Shown in pieces: positions 12,770-25,700 of a DNA stretch of 64,000 bases (position 1 is the first letter of the stretch; each line of letters starts with the position of its first letter). The DNA is taken from contig JBHGNT010000016.1 of NCBI GenBank assembly GCA_043228905.1, positions 4,030,001-4,094,000 of the forward strand. The letters run 5' to 3'. The position numbers and the translations under genes were made by a program. The notes below the pieces were generated by a model that did no database searches, had not been told where the DNA came from, and saw only the letters and a list, made by a program, of their open reading frames with translations. This DNA comes from Azolla caroliniana. Taxonomy: Eukaryota; Plantae; Polypodiophyta.

Positions 12770-13730
12770 TTTGAAAATGTCAAAATGATACAAATAATTA
12801 TTTCCTGTGAAACCTATGTGACTTCAGTTACTAAATAGTGGTTTCGTGTGCACCAATGAATTCTAGTACTCCACATTGTCCTCTTGGTTTCCATGCCTTG
12901 TACTGAAATGAAGGATTCATAATATTCCGACTTCTATGTTTATGGCGTAGTCTTTAATCTAGTTTCACATTCATTTCTTGTTTTGAATGGTGATGGCTTT
13001 TTTCTTCGATAGTTCCATGGCACCCTAAAAGATTGTGCTTCGATGTTTTCAAGGAGTCCTTGTTGACCTATTACTAGGAATGCCTTCCACTTGAGTCATG
13101 TGTTCATCACAATCCTACATTTAGGTTTCTCGCTTACTCTTTAATTTTGTCGGCTAAGCACTCTCCTATTTAAAAATGATGGCTTAAATCCCTAAAGATG
13201 ATGGGTATCAAAATAAATGAATTGGAGATGAGGGGTATCGATCCTCGTACCTCACGGATGCTAATCCAATGTTTTACCATTTATGTTACATCCGCTTTGA
13301 GAGTGTTAAAAAGATACAAGTAATTGGTTTCTGCACTCGAATACGAACGTGAAACCGGTTGTGGCCGGTCGACTCCTAACATCTTCTTAGTTTCTGGCTT
13401 ACTCTTTAATCTTGTTCTCTGATGATTTCAAGGACTCCTTGTTGGCCTATTGGTTGGAATGCTTTCCACTTGAGTCATGTCTTTATCATAATCCTACATC
13501 TAGATTTCTTGCTTACTCTTTAATTTTGTCCTGTAAACACGATGATTTCAAGGACTCCTTGTTGGCCTATTGGTTGGAATGCTTTCCACTTGAGTCATGT
13601 CTTTATCATAATCCTACATCTAGATTTCTGCCTTACTCTCTAATTTTGTCCTGTAAACACTGTTCTATTTAAAAAGGATGACTTTAATCCCTAAAGTCAA
13701 GATGAAGGGTATCATCTAAGATAAACCAAT

Positions 13731-13803
13731 TGGAGATGCAAGGTATCGATCCCCGTACCTCTCGCATGCTAAGCGAGCGCTCTACCATTTGAGCTACATC
13801 CCC
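13731..13803 (-). tRNA. tRNA-Ala(AGC), A copy
   Basis: Identical to 11663-11735. Confidence 0.88.
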
Positions 13804-14764
13804 TTTGAAAATGTCAAAATGATACAAATAATTATTTCCTGTGAAACCTATGTGACTTCAGTTACTAAATAGTGGTTTCGTGTGCACCAATGAATTCTAG
13901 TACTCCACATTGTCCTCTTGGTTTCCATGCCTTGTACTGAAATGAAGGATTCATAATATTCCGACTTCTATGTTTATGGCGTAGTCTTTAATCTAGTTTC
14001 ACATTCATTTCTTGTTTTGAATGGTGATGGCTTTTTTCTTCGATAGTTCCATGGCACCCTAAAAGATTGTGCTTCGATGTTTTCAAGGAGTCCTTGTTGA
14101 CCTATTACTAGGAATGCCTTCCACTTGAGTCATGTGTTCATCACAATCCTACATTTAGGTTTCTCGCTTACTCTTTAATTTTGTCGGCTAAGCACTCTCC
14201 TATTTAAAAATGATGGCTTAAATCCCTAAAGATGATGGGTATCAAAATAAATGAATTGGAGATGAGGGGTATCGATCCTCGTACCTCACGGATGCTAATC
14301 CAATGTTTTACCATTTATGTTACATCCGCTTTGAGAGTGTTAAAAAGATACAAGTAATTGGTTTCTGCACTCGAATACGAACGTGAAACCGGTTGTGGCC
14401 GGTCGACTCCTAACATCTTCTTAGTTTCTGGCTTACTCTTTAATCTTGTTCTCTGATGATTTCAAGGACTCCTTGTTGGCCTATTGGTTGGAATGCTTTC
14501 CACTTGAGTCATGTCTTTATCATAATCCTACATCTAGATTTCTTGCTTACTCTTTAATTTTGTCCTGTAAACACGATGATTTCAAGGACTCCTTGTTGGC
14601 CTATTGGTTGGAATGCTTTCCACTTGAGTCATGTCTTTATCATAATCCTACATCTAGATTTCTGCCTTACTCTCTAATTTTGTCCTGTAAACACTGTTCT
14701 ATTTAAAAAGGATGACTTTAATCCCTAAAGTCAAGATGAAGGGTATCATCTAAGATAAACCAAT

Positions 14765-14837
14765 TGGAGATGCAAGATATCGATCCCCGTACCTCTCGCA
14801 TGCTAAGCGAGCGCTCTACCATTTGAGCTACATCCCC
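14765..14837 (-). tRNA. tRNA-Ala(AGC), A copy with C61>T B-box variant
   Basis: Plus strand reads gcaagatatcg instead of gcaaggtatcg. Confidence 0.7.
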
Positions 14838-15798
14838 TTTGAAAATGTCAAAATGATACAAATAATTATTTCCTGTGAAACCTATGTGACTTCAGTTACT
14901 AAATAGTGGTTTCGTGTGCACCAATGAATTCTAGTACTCCACATTGTCCTCTTGGTTTCCATGCCTTGTACTGAAATGAAGGATTCATAATATTCCGACT
15001 TCTATGTTTATGGCGTAGTCTTTAATCTAGTTTCACATTCATTTCTTGTTTTGAATGGTGATGGCTTTTTTCTTCGATAGTTCCATGGCACCCTAAAAGA
15101 TTGTGCTTCGATGTTTTCAAGGAGTCCTTGTTGACCTATTACTAGGAATGCCTTCCACTTGAGTCATGTGTTCATCACAATCCTACATTTAGGTTTCTCG
15201 CTTACTCTTTAATTTTGTCGGCTAAGCACTCTCCTATTTAAAAATGATGGCTTAAATCCCTAAAGATGATGGGTATCAAAATAAATGAATTGGAGATGAG
15301 GGGTATCGATCCTCGTACCTCACGGATGCTAATCCAATGTTTTACCATTTATGTTACATCCGCTTTGAGAGTGTTAAAAAGATACAAGTAATTGGTTTCT
15401 GCACTCGAATACGAACGTGAAACCGGTTGTGGCCGGTCGACTCCTAACATCTTCTTAGTTTCTGGCTTACTCTTTAATCTTGTTCTCTGATGATTTCAAG
15501 GACTCCTTGTTGGCCTATTGGTTGGAATGCTTTCCACTTGAGTCATGTCTTTATCATAATCCTACATCTAGATTTCTTGCTTACTCTTTAATTTTGTCCT
15601 GTAAACACGATGATTTCAAGGACTCCTTGTTGGCCTATTGGTTGGAATGCTTTCCACTTGAGTCATGTCTTTATCATAATCCTACATCTAGATTTCTGCC
15701 TTACTCTCTAATTTTGTCCTGTAAACACTGTTCTATTTAAAAAGGATGACTTTAATCCCTAAAGTCAAGATGAAGGGTATCATCTAAGATAAACCAAT

Positions 15799-15871
15799 TG
15801 GAGATGCAAGGTATCGATCCCCGTACCTCTCGCATGCTAAGCGAGCGCTCTACCATTTGAGCTACATCCCC
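15799..15871 (-). tRNA. tRNA-Ala(AGC), A copy
   Basis: Identical to 11663-11735. Confidence 0.88.
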
Positions 15872-16832
15872 TTTGAAAATGTCAAAATGATACAAATAAT
15901 TATTTCCTGTGAAACCTATGTGACTTCAGTTACTAAATAGTGGTTTCGTGTGCACCAATGAATTCTAGTACTCCACATTGTCCTCTTGGTTTCCATGCCT
16001 TGTACTGAAATGAAGGATTCATAATATTCCGACTTCTATGTTTATGGCGTAGTCTTTAATCTAGTTTCACATTCATTTCTTGTTTTGAATGGTGATGGCT
16101 TTTTTCTTCGATAGTTCCATGGCACCCTAAAAGATTGTGCTTCGATGTTTTCAAGGAGTCCTTGTTGACCTATTACTAGGAATGCCTTCCACTTGAGTCA
16201 TGTGTTCATCACAATCCTACATTTAGGTTTCTCGCTTACTCTTTAATTTTGTCGGCTAAGCACTCTCCTATTTAAAAATGATGGCTTAAATCCCTAAAGA
16301 TGATGGGTATCAAAATAAATGAATTGGAGATGAGGGGTATCGATCCTCGTACCTCACGGATGCTAATCCAATGTTTTACCATTTATGTTACATCCGCTTT
16401 GAGAGTGTTAAAAAGATACAAGTAATTGGTTTCTGCACTCGAATACGAACGTGAAACCGGTTGTGGCCGGTCGACTCCTAACATCTTCTTAGTTTCTGGC
16501 TTACTCTTTAATCTTGTTCTCTGATGATTTCAAGGACTCCTTGTTGGCCTATTGGTTGGAATGCTTTCCACTTGAGTCATGTCTTTATCATAATCCTACA
16601 TCTAGATTTCTTGCTTACTCTTTAATTTTGTCCTGTAAACACGATGATTTCAAGGACTCCTTGTTGGCCTATTGGTTGGAATGCTTTCCACTTGAGTCAT
16701 GTCTTTATCATAATCCTACATCTAGATTTCTGCCTTACTCTCTAATTTTGTCCTGTAAACACTGTTCTATTTAAAAAGGATGACTTTAATCCCTAAAGTC
16801 AAGATGAAGGGTATCATCTAAGATAAACCAAT

Positions 16833-16905
16833 TGGAGATGCAAGGTATCGATCCCCGTACCTCTCGCATGCTAAGCGAGCGCTCTACCATTTGAGCTACA
16901 TCCCC
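16833..16905 (-). tRNA. tRNA-Ala(AGC), A copy
   Basis: Identical to 11663-11735. Confidence 0.88.
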
Positions 16906-17866
16906 TTTGAAAATGTCAAAATGATACAAATAATTATTTCCTGTGAAACCTATGTGACTTCAGTTACTAAATAGTGGTTTCGTGTGCACCAATGAATTCT
17001 AGTACTCCACATTGTCCTCTTGGTTTCCATGCCTTGTACTGAAATGAAGGATTCATAATATTCCGACTTCTATGTTTATGGCGTAGTCTTTAATCTAGTT
17101 TCACATTCATTTCTTGTTTTGAATGGTGATGGCTTTTTTCTTCGATAGTTCCATGGCACCCTAAAAGATTGTGCTTCGATGTTTTCAAGGAGTCCTTGTT
17201 GACCTATTACTAGGAATGCCTTCCACTTGACTCATGTGTTCATCACAATCCTACATTTAGGTTTCTCGCTTACTCTTTAATTTTGTCGGCTAAGCACTCT
17301 CCTATTTAAAAATGATGGCTTAAATCCCTAAAGATGATGGGTATCAAAATAAATGAATTGGAGATGAGGGGTATCGATCCTCGTACCTCACGGATGCTAA
17401 TCCAATGTTTTACCATTTATGTTACATCCGCTTTGAGAGTGTTAAAAAGATACAAGTAATTGGTTTCTGCACTCGAATACGAACGTGAAACCGGTTGTGG
17501 CCGGTCGACTCCTAACATCTTCTTAGTTTCTGGCTTACTCTTTAATCTTGTTCTCTGATGATTTCAAGGACTCCTTGTTGGCCTATTGGTTGGAATGCTT
17601 TCCACTTGAGTCATGTCTTTATCATAATCCTACATCTAGATTTCTTGCTTACTCTTTAATTTTGTCCTGTAAACACGATGATTTCAAGGACTCCTTGTTG
17701 GCCTATTGGTTGGAATGCTTTCCACTTGAGTCATGTCTTTATCATAATCCTACATCTAGATTTCTGCCTTACTCTCTAATTTTGTCTTGTAAACACTGTT
17801 CTATTTAAAAAGGATGACTTTAATCCCTAAAGTCAAGATGAAGGGTATCATCTAAGATAAACCAAT

Positions 17867-17939
17867 TGGAGATGCAAGGTATCGATCCCCGTACCTCTCG
17901 CATGCTAAGCGAGCGCTCTACCATTTGAGCTACATCCCC
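17867..17939 (-). tRNA. tRNA-Ala(AGC), A copy
   Basis: Identical to 11663-11735. Confidence 0.88.
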
Positions 17940-18900
17940 TTTGAAAATGTCAAAATGATACAAATAATTATTTCCTGTGAAACCTATGTGACTTCAGTTA
18001 CTAAATAGTGGTTTCGTGTGCACCAATGAATTCTAGTACTCCACATTGTCCTCTTGGTTTCCATGCCTTGTACTGAAATGAAGGATTCATAATATTCCGA
18101 CTTCTATGTTTATGGCGTAGTCTTTAATCTAGTTTCACATTCATTTCTTGTTTTGAATGGTGATGGCTTTTTTCTTCGATAGTTCCATGGCACCCTAAAA
18201 GATTGTGCTTCGATGTTTTCAAGGAGTCCTTGTTGACCTATTACTAGGAATGCCTTCCACTTGAGTCATGTGTTCATCACAATCCTACATTTAGGTTTCT
18301 CGCTTACTCTTTAATTTTGTCGGCTAAGCACTCTCCTATTTAAAAATGATGGCTTAAATCCCTAAAGATGATGGGTATCAAAATAAATGAATTGGAGATG
18401 AGGGGTATCGATCCTCGTACCTCACGGATGCTAATCCAATGTTTTACCATTTATGTTACATCCGCTTTGAGAGTGTTAAAAAGATACAAGTAATTGGTTT
18501 CTGCACTCGAATACGAACGTGAAACCGGTTGTGGCCGGTCGACTCCTAACATCTTCTTAGTTTCTGGCTTACTCTTTAATCTTGTTCTCTGATGATTTCA
18601 AGGACTCCTTGTTGGCCTATTGGTTGGAATGCTTTCCACTTGAGTCATGTCTTTATCATAATCCTACATCTAGATTTCTTGCTTACTCTTTAATTTTGTC
18701 CTGTAAACACGATGATTTCAAGGACTCCTTGTTGGCCTATTGGTTGGAATGCTTTCCACTTGAGTCATGTCTTTATCATAATCCTACATCTAGATTTCTG
18801 CCTTACTCTCTAATTTTGTCCTGTAAACACTGTTCTATTTAAAAAGGATGACTTTAATCCCTAAAGTCAAGATGAAGGGTATCATCTAAGATAAACCAAT

Positions 18901-18973
18901 TGGAGATGCAAGGTATCGATCCCCGTACCTCTCGCATGCTAAGCGAGCGCTCTACCATTTGAGCTACATCCCC
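18901..18973 (-). tRNA. tRNA-Ala(AGC), A copy
   Basis: Identical to 11663-11735. Confidence 0.88.
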
Positions 18974-19934
18974 TTTGAAAATGTCAAAATGATACAAATA
19001 ATTATTTCCTGTGAAACCTATGTGACTTCAGTTACTAAATAGTGGTTTCGTGTGCACCAATGAATTCTAGTACTCCACATTGTCCTCTTGGTTTCCATGC
19101 CTTGTACTGAAATGAAGGATTCATAATATTCCGACTTCTATGTTTATGGCGTAGTCTTTAATCTAGTTTCACATTCATTTCTTGTTTTGAATGGTGATGG
19201 CTTTTTTCTTCGATAGTTCCATGGCACCCTAAAAGATTGTGCTTCGATGTTTTCAAGGAGTCCTTGTTGACCTATTACTAGGAATGCCTTCCACTTGACT
19301 CATGTGTTCATCACAATCCTACATTTAGGTTTCTCGCTTACTCTTTAATTTTGTCGGCTAAGCACTCTCCTATTTAAAAATGATGGCTTAAATCCCTAAA
19401 GATGATGGGTATCAAAATAAATGAATTGGAGATGAGGGGTATCGATCCTCGTACCTCACGGATGCTAATCCAATGTTTTACCATTTATGTTACATCCGCT
19501 TTGAGAGTGTTAAAAAGATACAAGTAATTGGTTTCTGCACTCGAATACGAACGTGAAACCGGTTGTGGCCGGTCGACTCCTAACATCTTCTTAGTTTCTG
19601 GCTTACTCTTTAATCTTGTTCTCTGATGATTTCAAGGACTCCTTGTTGGCCTATTGGTTGGAATGCTTTCCACTTGAGTCATGTCTTTATCATAATCCTA
19701 CATCTAGATTTCTTGCTTACTCTTTAATTTTGTCCTGTAAACACGATGATTTCAAGGACTCCTTGTTGGCCTATTGGTTGGAATGCTTTCCACTTGAGTC
19801 ATGTCTTTATCATAATCCTACATCTAGATTTCTGCCTTACTCTCTAATTTTGTCTTGTAAACACTGTTCTATTTAAAAAGGATGACTTTAATCCCTAAAG
19901 TCAAGATGAAGGGTATCATCTAAGATAAACCAAT

Positions 19935-20007
19935 TGGAGATGCAAGGTATCGATCCCCGTACCTCTCGCATGCTAAGCGAGCGCTCTACCATTTGAGCTA
20001 CATCCCC
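19935..20007 (-). tRNA. tRNA-Ala(AGC), A copy
   Basis: Identical to 11663-11735. Confidence 0.88.
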
Positions 20008-20968
20008 TTTGAAAATGTCAAAATGATACAAATAATTATTTCCTGTGAAACCTATGTGACTTCAGTTACTAAATAGTGGTTTCGTGTGCACCAATGAATT
20101 CTAGTACTCCACATTGTCCTCTTGGTTTCCATGCCTTGTACTGAAATGAAGGATTCATAATATTCCGACTTCTATGTTTATGGCGTAGTCTTTAATCTAG
20201 TTTCACATTCATTTCTTGTTTTGAATGGTGATGGCTTTTTTCTTCGATAGTTCCATGGCACCCTAAAAGATTGTGCTTCGATGTTTTCAAGGAGTCCTTG
20301 TTGACCTATTACTAGGAATGCCTTCCACTTGAGTCATGTGTTCATCACAATCCTACATTTAGGTTTCTCGCTTACTCTTTAATTTTGTCGGCTAAGCACT
20401 CTCCTATTTAAAAATGATGGCTTAAATCCCTAAAGATGATGGGTATCAAAATAAATGAATTGGAGATGAGGGGTATCGATCCTCGTACCTCACGGATGCT
20501 AATCCAATGTTTTACCATTTATGTTACATCCGCTTTGAGAGTGTTAAAAAGATACAAGTAATTGGTTTCTGCACTCGAATACGAACGTGAAACCGGTTGT
20601 GGCCGGTCGACTCCTAACATCTTCTTAGTTTCTGGCTTACTCTTTAATCTTGTTCTCTGATGATTTCAAGGACTCCTTGTTGGCCTATTGGTTGGAATGC
20701 TTTCCACTTGAGTCATGTCTTTATCATAATCCTACATCTAGATTTCTTGCTTACTCTTTAATTTTGTCCTGTAAACACGATGATTTCAAGGACTCCTTGT
20801 TGGCCTATTGGTTGGAATGCTTTCCACTTGAGTCATGTCTTTATCATAATGCTTTCCACTTCTAGGATTCTGGCTTAGTCTTTAAGTTAGTCTGGTAAAC
20901 ACTCTTCTATTTAAAAAGGATGACTTTAATCCATAAAGTCAAGATGAAGGGTATCAAGATAAACCAAT

Positions 20969-21950
20969 TGGAGATGCAAGGTATCGATCCCCGAACCTCT
21001 CGCATGCTAAGCGAACGCTCTACCATTTGAGCTACATACTTTGACAATGTCAAAATGATACAAATAATTATTTCCTGATGAAACCTATGTGACTTCAGTT
21101 ACTAAATAGTGGTTCTGCGTGCACCAATGAATTCAAGGACTCTAGATTGTCCTCTTATTTTCCATGCCTTCTACTAAAATCAAGGATTCATAATAATCCT
21201 AGTTCTATGTTTCTGGTGTACTCTTTAATCTAGTTTCACATTCATTTCTTGTTTTGGATGATGATGGCTTTTTTCTTTTATAGTTCCATGGCACACTAAA
21301 ATATTGGGTTCTGATGTTTTCAAGGTGTCTTTGTTGACCTATTACTAGGAATGCCTTCCACTTGAGTCATGTATTCATCACAATCCTACATTTAGGTTTC
21401 TGTCTTACTCTTTAATTTTGTCCGCTAAGCACTCTCCTATTTAAAAATGATGGCTTTAATCCCTAAAGATGAAGGTTATCAAAATAAACCAATTGGATAT
21501 GAGGGGTATTGATCCTCGTACCTCACGCATGCTAATCTAGTGTTTTACCATTTATGTTACATCCGCTTTGACAGTGTTAAAAAGATACAAATAATTGGCT
21601 TCTACACACGAACACGAACGTCAAACCGGTTGTGGCCAGTCGACTCCTAACATCTTCTTGGTTTCTGGCTTACTCTTTAATCTTGTTCTTTGATGATTTC
21701 AAGTACTCCTTGTTGGCCTATTGGCTGGAATGCTTTCCACTTGAGTCATGTCTTCATCACAATCCTACTTCTAGGATTATGGCTTACTCTTTAATCTCGT
21801 CTGGTAAACACTCTTCTATTTAAAAAAGATGACTTTAATCCATAACGTCAAGATGAAGGGTATCATGATAAACCATTTGGAGATGAAGGGTATCGATTCC
21901 CATACCTCTCGCATGTTAAGTGAGCGCTCTACCATTTGAGCTATATCCCC
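20969..21950 (-). pseudogene. Right-flank diverged tRNA-Ala copies: 20969-21039, 21494-21566, 21878-21950 (last has anticodon AAC)
   Basis: Same body with acceptor deletion, B-type decay and anticodon change respectively. Confidence 0.8.
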
Positions 21951-22793
21951 TTTGACAATGTCAAAATGATACAAATAATTATTTCTTGATGAAACCTATG
22001 TGACTTCAATTAGTAAATAGTGGTTCCGCGTTGTTGCGTTTCTACGCGCGTGCGTGGAGAAACGAGGCGGGACCACCGGGGTCTTGGACCGAAGAACACG
22101 TGATAGGAAGGGAAAGAGAAAGAGAGAGACGACCGGTAACGTATGAGCAAGAAACACAGGGACACGGCCCGTCAATGCAGAAAACACGAATGGACATAGA
22201 GATAGAGAGACACGAATGTTTGTATATTAACAGATGACACCAAAAACAACAGAGCACGCGAGCGGTTACAACCGAACAGGCCGGCGAACAGATACCGATG
22301 CCTGCTCGTCTGCGCACGAAAGAGGATTGGATGGAGGTGCGGTCGGAAGCACACGGGCATTCCTCGAAGCAGCGCGAGCCTCCCGAAATCCTGCAGAGAA
22401 GAGTGACGGAGAATGAACAGAGGAGAAGCGTTCGGTTACAGTCTGACAGCACTTCGTCCTCCTCAATACGCGATACCTTTCTCCCTGCGTCTCCCTCTCC
22501 TTTATAGCGTCAAGAAGGGAGCCGTCTCCCTCATTTACTTCCTACCTACCGAATCTAACTACCCAGGATATGCCTTTGTACTTAATTCCCTATTATATAC
22601 ATTGAAAGGCATGCACATGCGAAGAGCCGGTTCACGCGCGCTATGTACCGTTTGCGGCAAGGGACGGTTTTCTTCACAACATCCGCCCCCACCTAACCGT
22701 GCATCTACCGGTGTGCGCCAAAATTGCACTCTGGTTGGAGAAAACCGTTCCGGGTTCCGGTTCCTCGTTCATCGGTTCGTCCCCCGTCTCGGA

Positions 22794-25700
22794 CTATTCG
22801 TCGTCGTTGTCCAGGCCTCTTAGATCGGGTTTGCTGTCGTGGCGCTTCTTGAACGCTTTGATCCGCTTCCCTGCTACCGGTATCACCATCCTCGTACCGT
22901 CGAGTTCCGCCAGGTGATACGTCCCGTTGTCGTTGGCGCTCGTTACCACGTAAGGCCTGAACCACCGCTTTGCAAACTTCCGTGTTGCCCTATGCTGGTT
23001 GTCGAGGCTGTTGTCGTAAACTAGCACCCAGTCGCCTTCCTCGATTTTCTTTGGTTGGAGCCGGTGGGTTCGGTCGAACCGGGCTTTGTTCTTGATCCTC
23101 GCCGTCCGAAGTCTCTCCACCGCTCGTTCCACGTCCTCTGGCCTCCGCTCGAGCTGCCATATACGCGCGACTAGCAGTTCTTCCCGACTCATCTCGTCTC
23201 TCCAGTCTACTGTCGCCCAAGAGGAGATCGTCCGTTCCATCGGCATGATCGGTTTCTGTCCGAACATGAGCTCTGACGGCATGAACTCGGTTACCGAACT
23301 GTGCGTTGTTCGGTCCGCCCACAAGGCATAAGGTAACAGCCGTGGCCAGTTCCCGAACTGGCCTCTGCATGCTCGGACTAGCGCTTTGACGATCGGTCCG
23401 TGTCCGCGCTCCACCTTCCCGTTCGCCTCCGGATTGTACGCTGTGGTGAGCGAGAGCTTGACCCCTAACCAGTCGAATAGCTCCTCGGCCTCTTCAGCGT
23501 CCAACTCACCGCGGTCAGCCACGATCTTCCCGACGCACCCGTACCGGCATATCACGTCGTCGATCCGGAACCGACACACGGCCGCGGTCGTTTTGTTCTG
23601 CAGGGCTCGGCCTTCCACCTGGTTCGTCAGGTCCTCCCGGGCCAGCACCAGATATCGCATCTGCCCTACGCCCATCGGCATCGTCACCAAATCTACCATC
23701 CATTTGAAATGGATGGCCGGAGGGTAAGTAGGGTGAAGCTCATCCCGATGTCGGACTATGGAGTGCATCTGACAGCTCTCACAAGTTGTCACGAACCGAT
23801 GCACGTCCCGATACAGTCCTGGCCACCAGTACTTCCCCTTCAGTTTCTCGAACGTGGCCCACGTCCCATGGTGTCCAGCCCAGGGGCTGTCGTGGTAGGC
23901 CTTCAGCAACTCCTCCTGCTCCTCCTTCATCGCCACTACTCGGAGCGGGATGCCGCTTCTCTTCTTCGGGTGCTTCCATAAGTATCCGTCCCGGAGAAAG
24001 AATCAGTATGCTTTCTTCCGGATCCGGTTGGCCTCGTTCTTTGTCCATGATGCGTCCGACGTCATCGTCGTCAAGAATCCTACAATCTGCAGCCACTCCC
24101 CATCGTACTTGCTTTCGTTAAAATCGTTAAGCGCCTGAGTGCTTCCCCCCTCGGTTGTTACGTAAGCCGCCTCAAAGAAGTCCACGCCGACTTACTCGTC
24201 CTCCGAAACCATGCCGCCCTCGTCGTCGAATCGCGCCCTCGAAAGCATGTTGGCCATGGCATTGTCTTTCCCAGAAATGTGTCGTATTTCCGGATCCAGA
24301 GACTTGATGTACGCTATCCACCTGAGCATTGCCAGGTCCGGGGTTGCGCATCCGGAAACCATGCCGAGAATCGGCAGGCAGTCCGTCTCGATAATCACCT
24401 CTGTCCCGATCAGATAGTCTTTATCGGCCTTCACCGCCGAAACGATACCCCAGAGTTTGCGTTTAACTTGGGCGTATCCTCGCTGTCGCTCGCTGAGGAC
24501 CTTCGCACCGAACCGGATTGGGAACTGAATGCCATCCTCATCTTCTTGGTTGACGACCCATCCGATCCCGGTCGGACTTGTATCTACCGTTATGTAGATG
24601 GGAGTACCTTTCTCGTAGACAGCCTTTCGGAGTGCCGAAGCTGCAGCAAGAGCCGCCTTCATCTTTCGGACCGACTCCATGTGCTCGTCTCGCCACTCAA
24701 ATTTGCACCCCTTTTTCAGCAACCCGTATAGCGGCTCGGCAACGTGGGCGTAATGCGGGATCCATATGTGGTAGAACGCGCATGCTCCCAAGAACCTCCG
24801 TACCTCCGTGACCGAGTTACAATCGGGCTTCATTGCGGAGATGGCTTCCTCTTTAGCCGGAGACGGTTTCCAGCCATACGGTCCTCATAGATGTCCGACG
24901 ACCATGATCTCTGATTGCCCGAAGGCCGATTTCTCCCCGGAGAAGGTGAGCCTCGCGTCCTCTAGCCTCTGCAGCACCCTCTCGCAGTCGTCAATGTGTG
25001 TCGCCACGAATTTCCGGCATCCGTCCGGTCCGATCGTTTCGTCCTTTTCCTCCACCGGACACCCCTTGATCGGGATGTGGTCCAAGAATGGCATGGTGAT
25101 GTCCGGGATACAGTCCCTCAGTACCTTGTTCATTGCATTCACCATGTGGGCCACCGAGTTCGTCCCTCCTTGTGGCAGGGTACACATCCGAACTAGGTCG
25201 AGAGGAGTCCGCATCGTCATAATGTCTCTGCTCTCTACGACTAGTTGGAACTGATCGTACCCCGAGAACAGAGCCCCGACCGAGTAGATCGACCTTCCGG
25301 CGAAGGCCTCCACGAACTCGTCTATCGTTGGTCTGATTCCTGCGTTCCGAATGGTCACTCTGTTGACCGGTTGCAGGTCTTGAATGAAGCGCAATGTCCC
25401 GTTCTTCTTCGGTACGGTAAACCACTAGTTCGAGTACGGGGCACTCGACAGTTCGAGAATGCCCATATCGACTTTCTGTCTCAATAGCTCCATGAGCTCC
25501 GGGATGTGAGCTCTCGGTACCGGAATTGGTTTGAGATTCCACGGCACATGCGGTACCGTGAATATCACCATCGGCTTCACGACTGTCGGGTCTACGCACC
25601 TGATCTCTCCTGGTGAGAATGCGACGGCTTTCCCGTGCCTTCCGAGCATTCTCCGAAACCGGTCTTCTTCCGCTGGCAGTAGGAAACCGCCCCCACCGAT

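Larger units (their letters stand above)
11155..20533 (-). pseudogene. Ten degenerate tRNA-Ala B copies, 73 nt each, starting 11155, 12189, 13223, 14257, 15291, 16325, 17359, 18393, 19427, 20461
   Basis: GCGGATGTAACATAAATGGTAAAACATTGGATTAGCATCCGTGAGGTACGAGGATCGATACCCCTCATCTCCA: D and anticodon stems broken, B box retained. Confidence 0.85.
10913..20850. repeat. Homogeneous higher-order repeat, 1034-bp unit x ~9.6 (one near-intact plus one degenerate tRNA-Ala and an internal 120-bp duplication)
   Basis: Exact 1034-bp period (identical ORF at 11344, 12378 ... 20650); only a few SNPs seen between units. Confidence 0.97.
4109..22031 (-). repeat. Tandem tRNA-Ala(AGC) gene array (~520-bp monomer), main block
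   Basis: Reverse complement of each repeat reads GGGGATGTAGCTCAAATGGTAGAGCGCTCGCTTAGCATGCGAGAGGTACGGGGATCGATACCYYGCATCTCCA, with shared spacers between copies. Confidence 0.95.

Noticed and set aside
10913-20850. CRISPR-like repeat-spacer array
   Set aside because: Spacers are identical, the repeat is a tRNA, the context is eukaryotic and there are no cas genes
11344-20865. Repeated 86-aa ORF (MFSDDFKDS...) in every 1034-bp unit
   Set aside because: TTG start, produced by the in-frame 120-bp duplication, broken in older monomers, no recognisable domain
4109-22031. tRNA-derived SINE cluster
   Set aside because: Copies share upstream flanks, are head-to-tail and lack tails and TSDs, which indicates DNA-level tandem amplification
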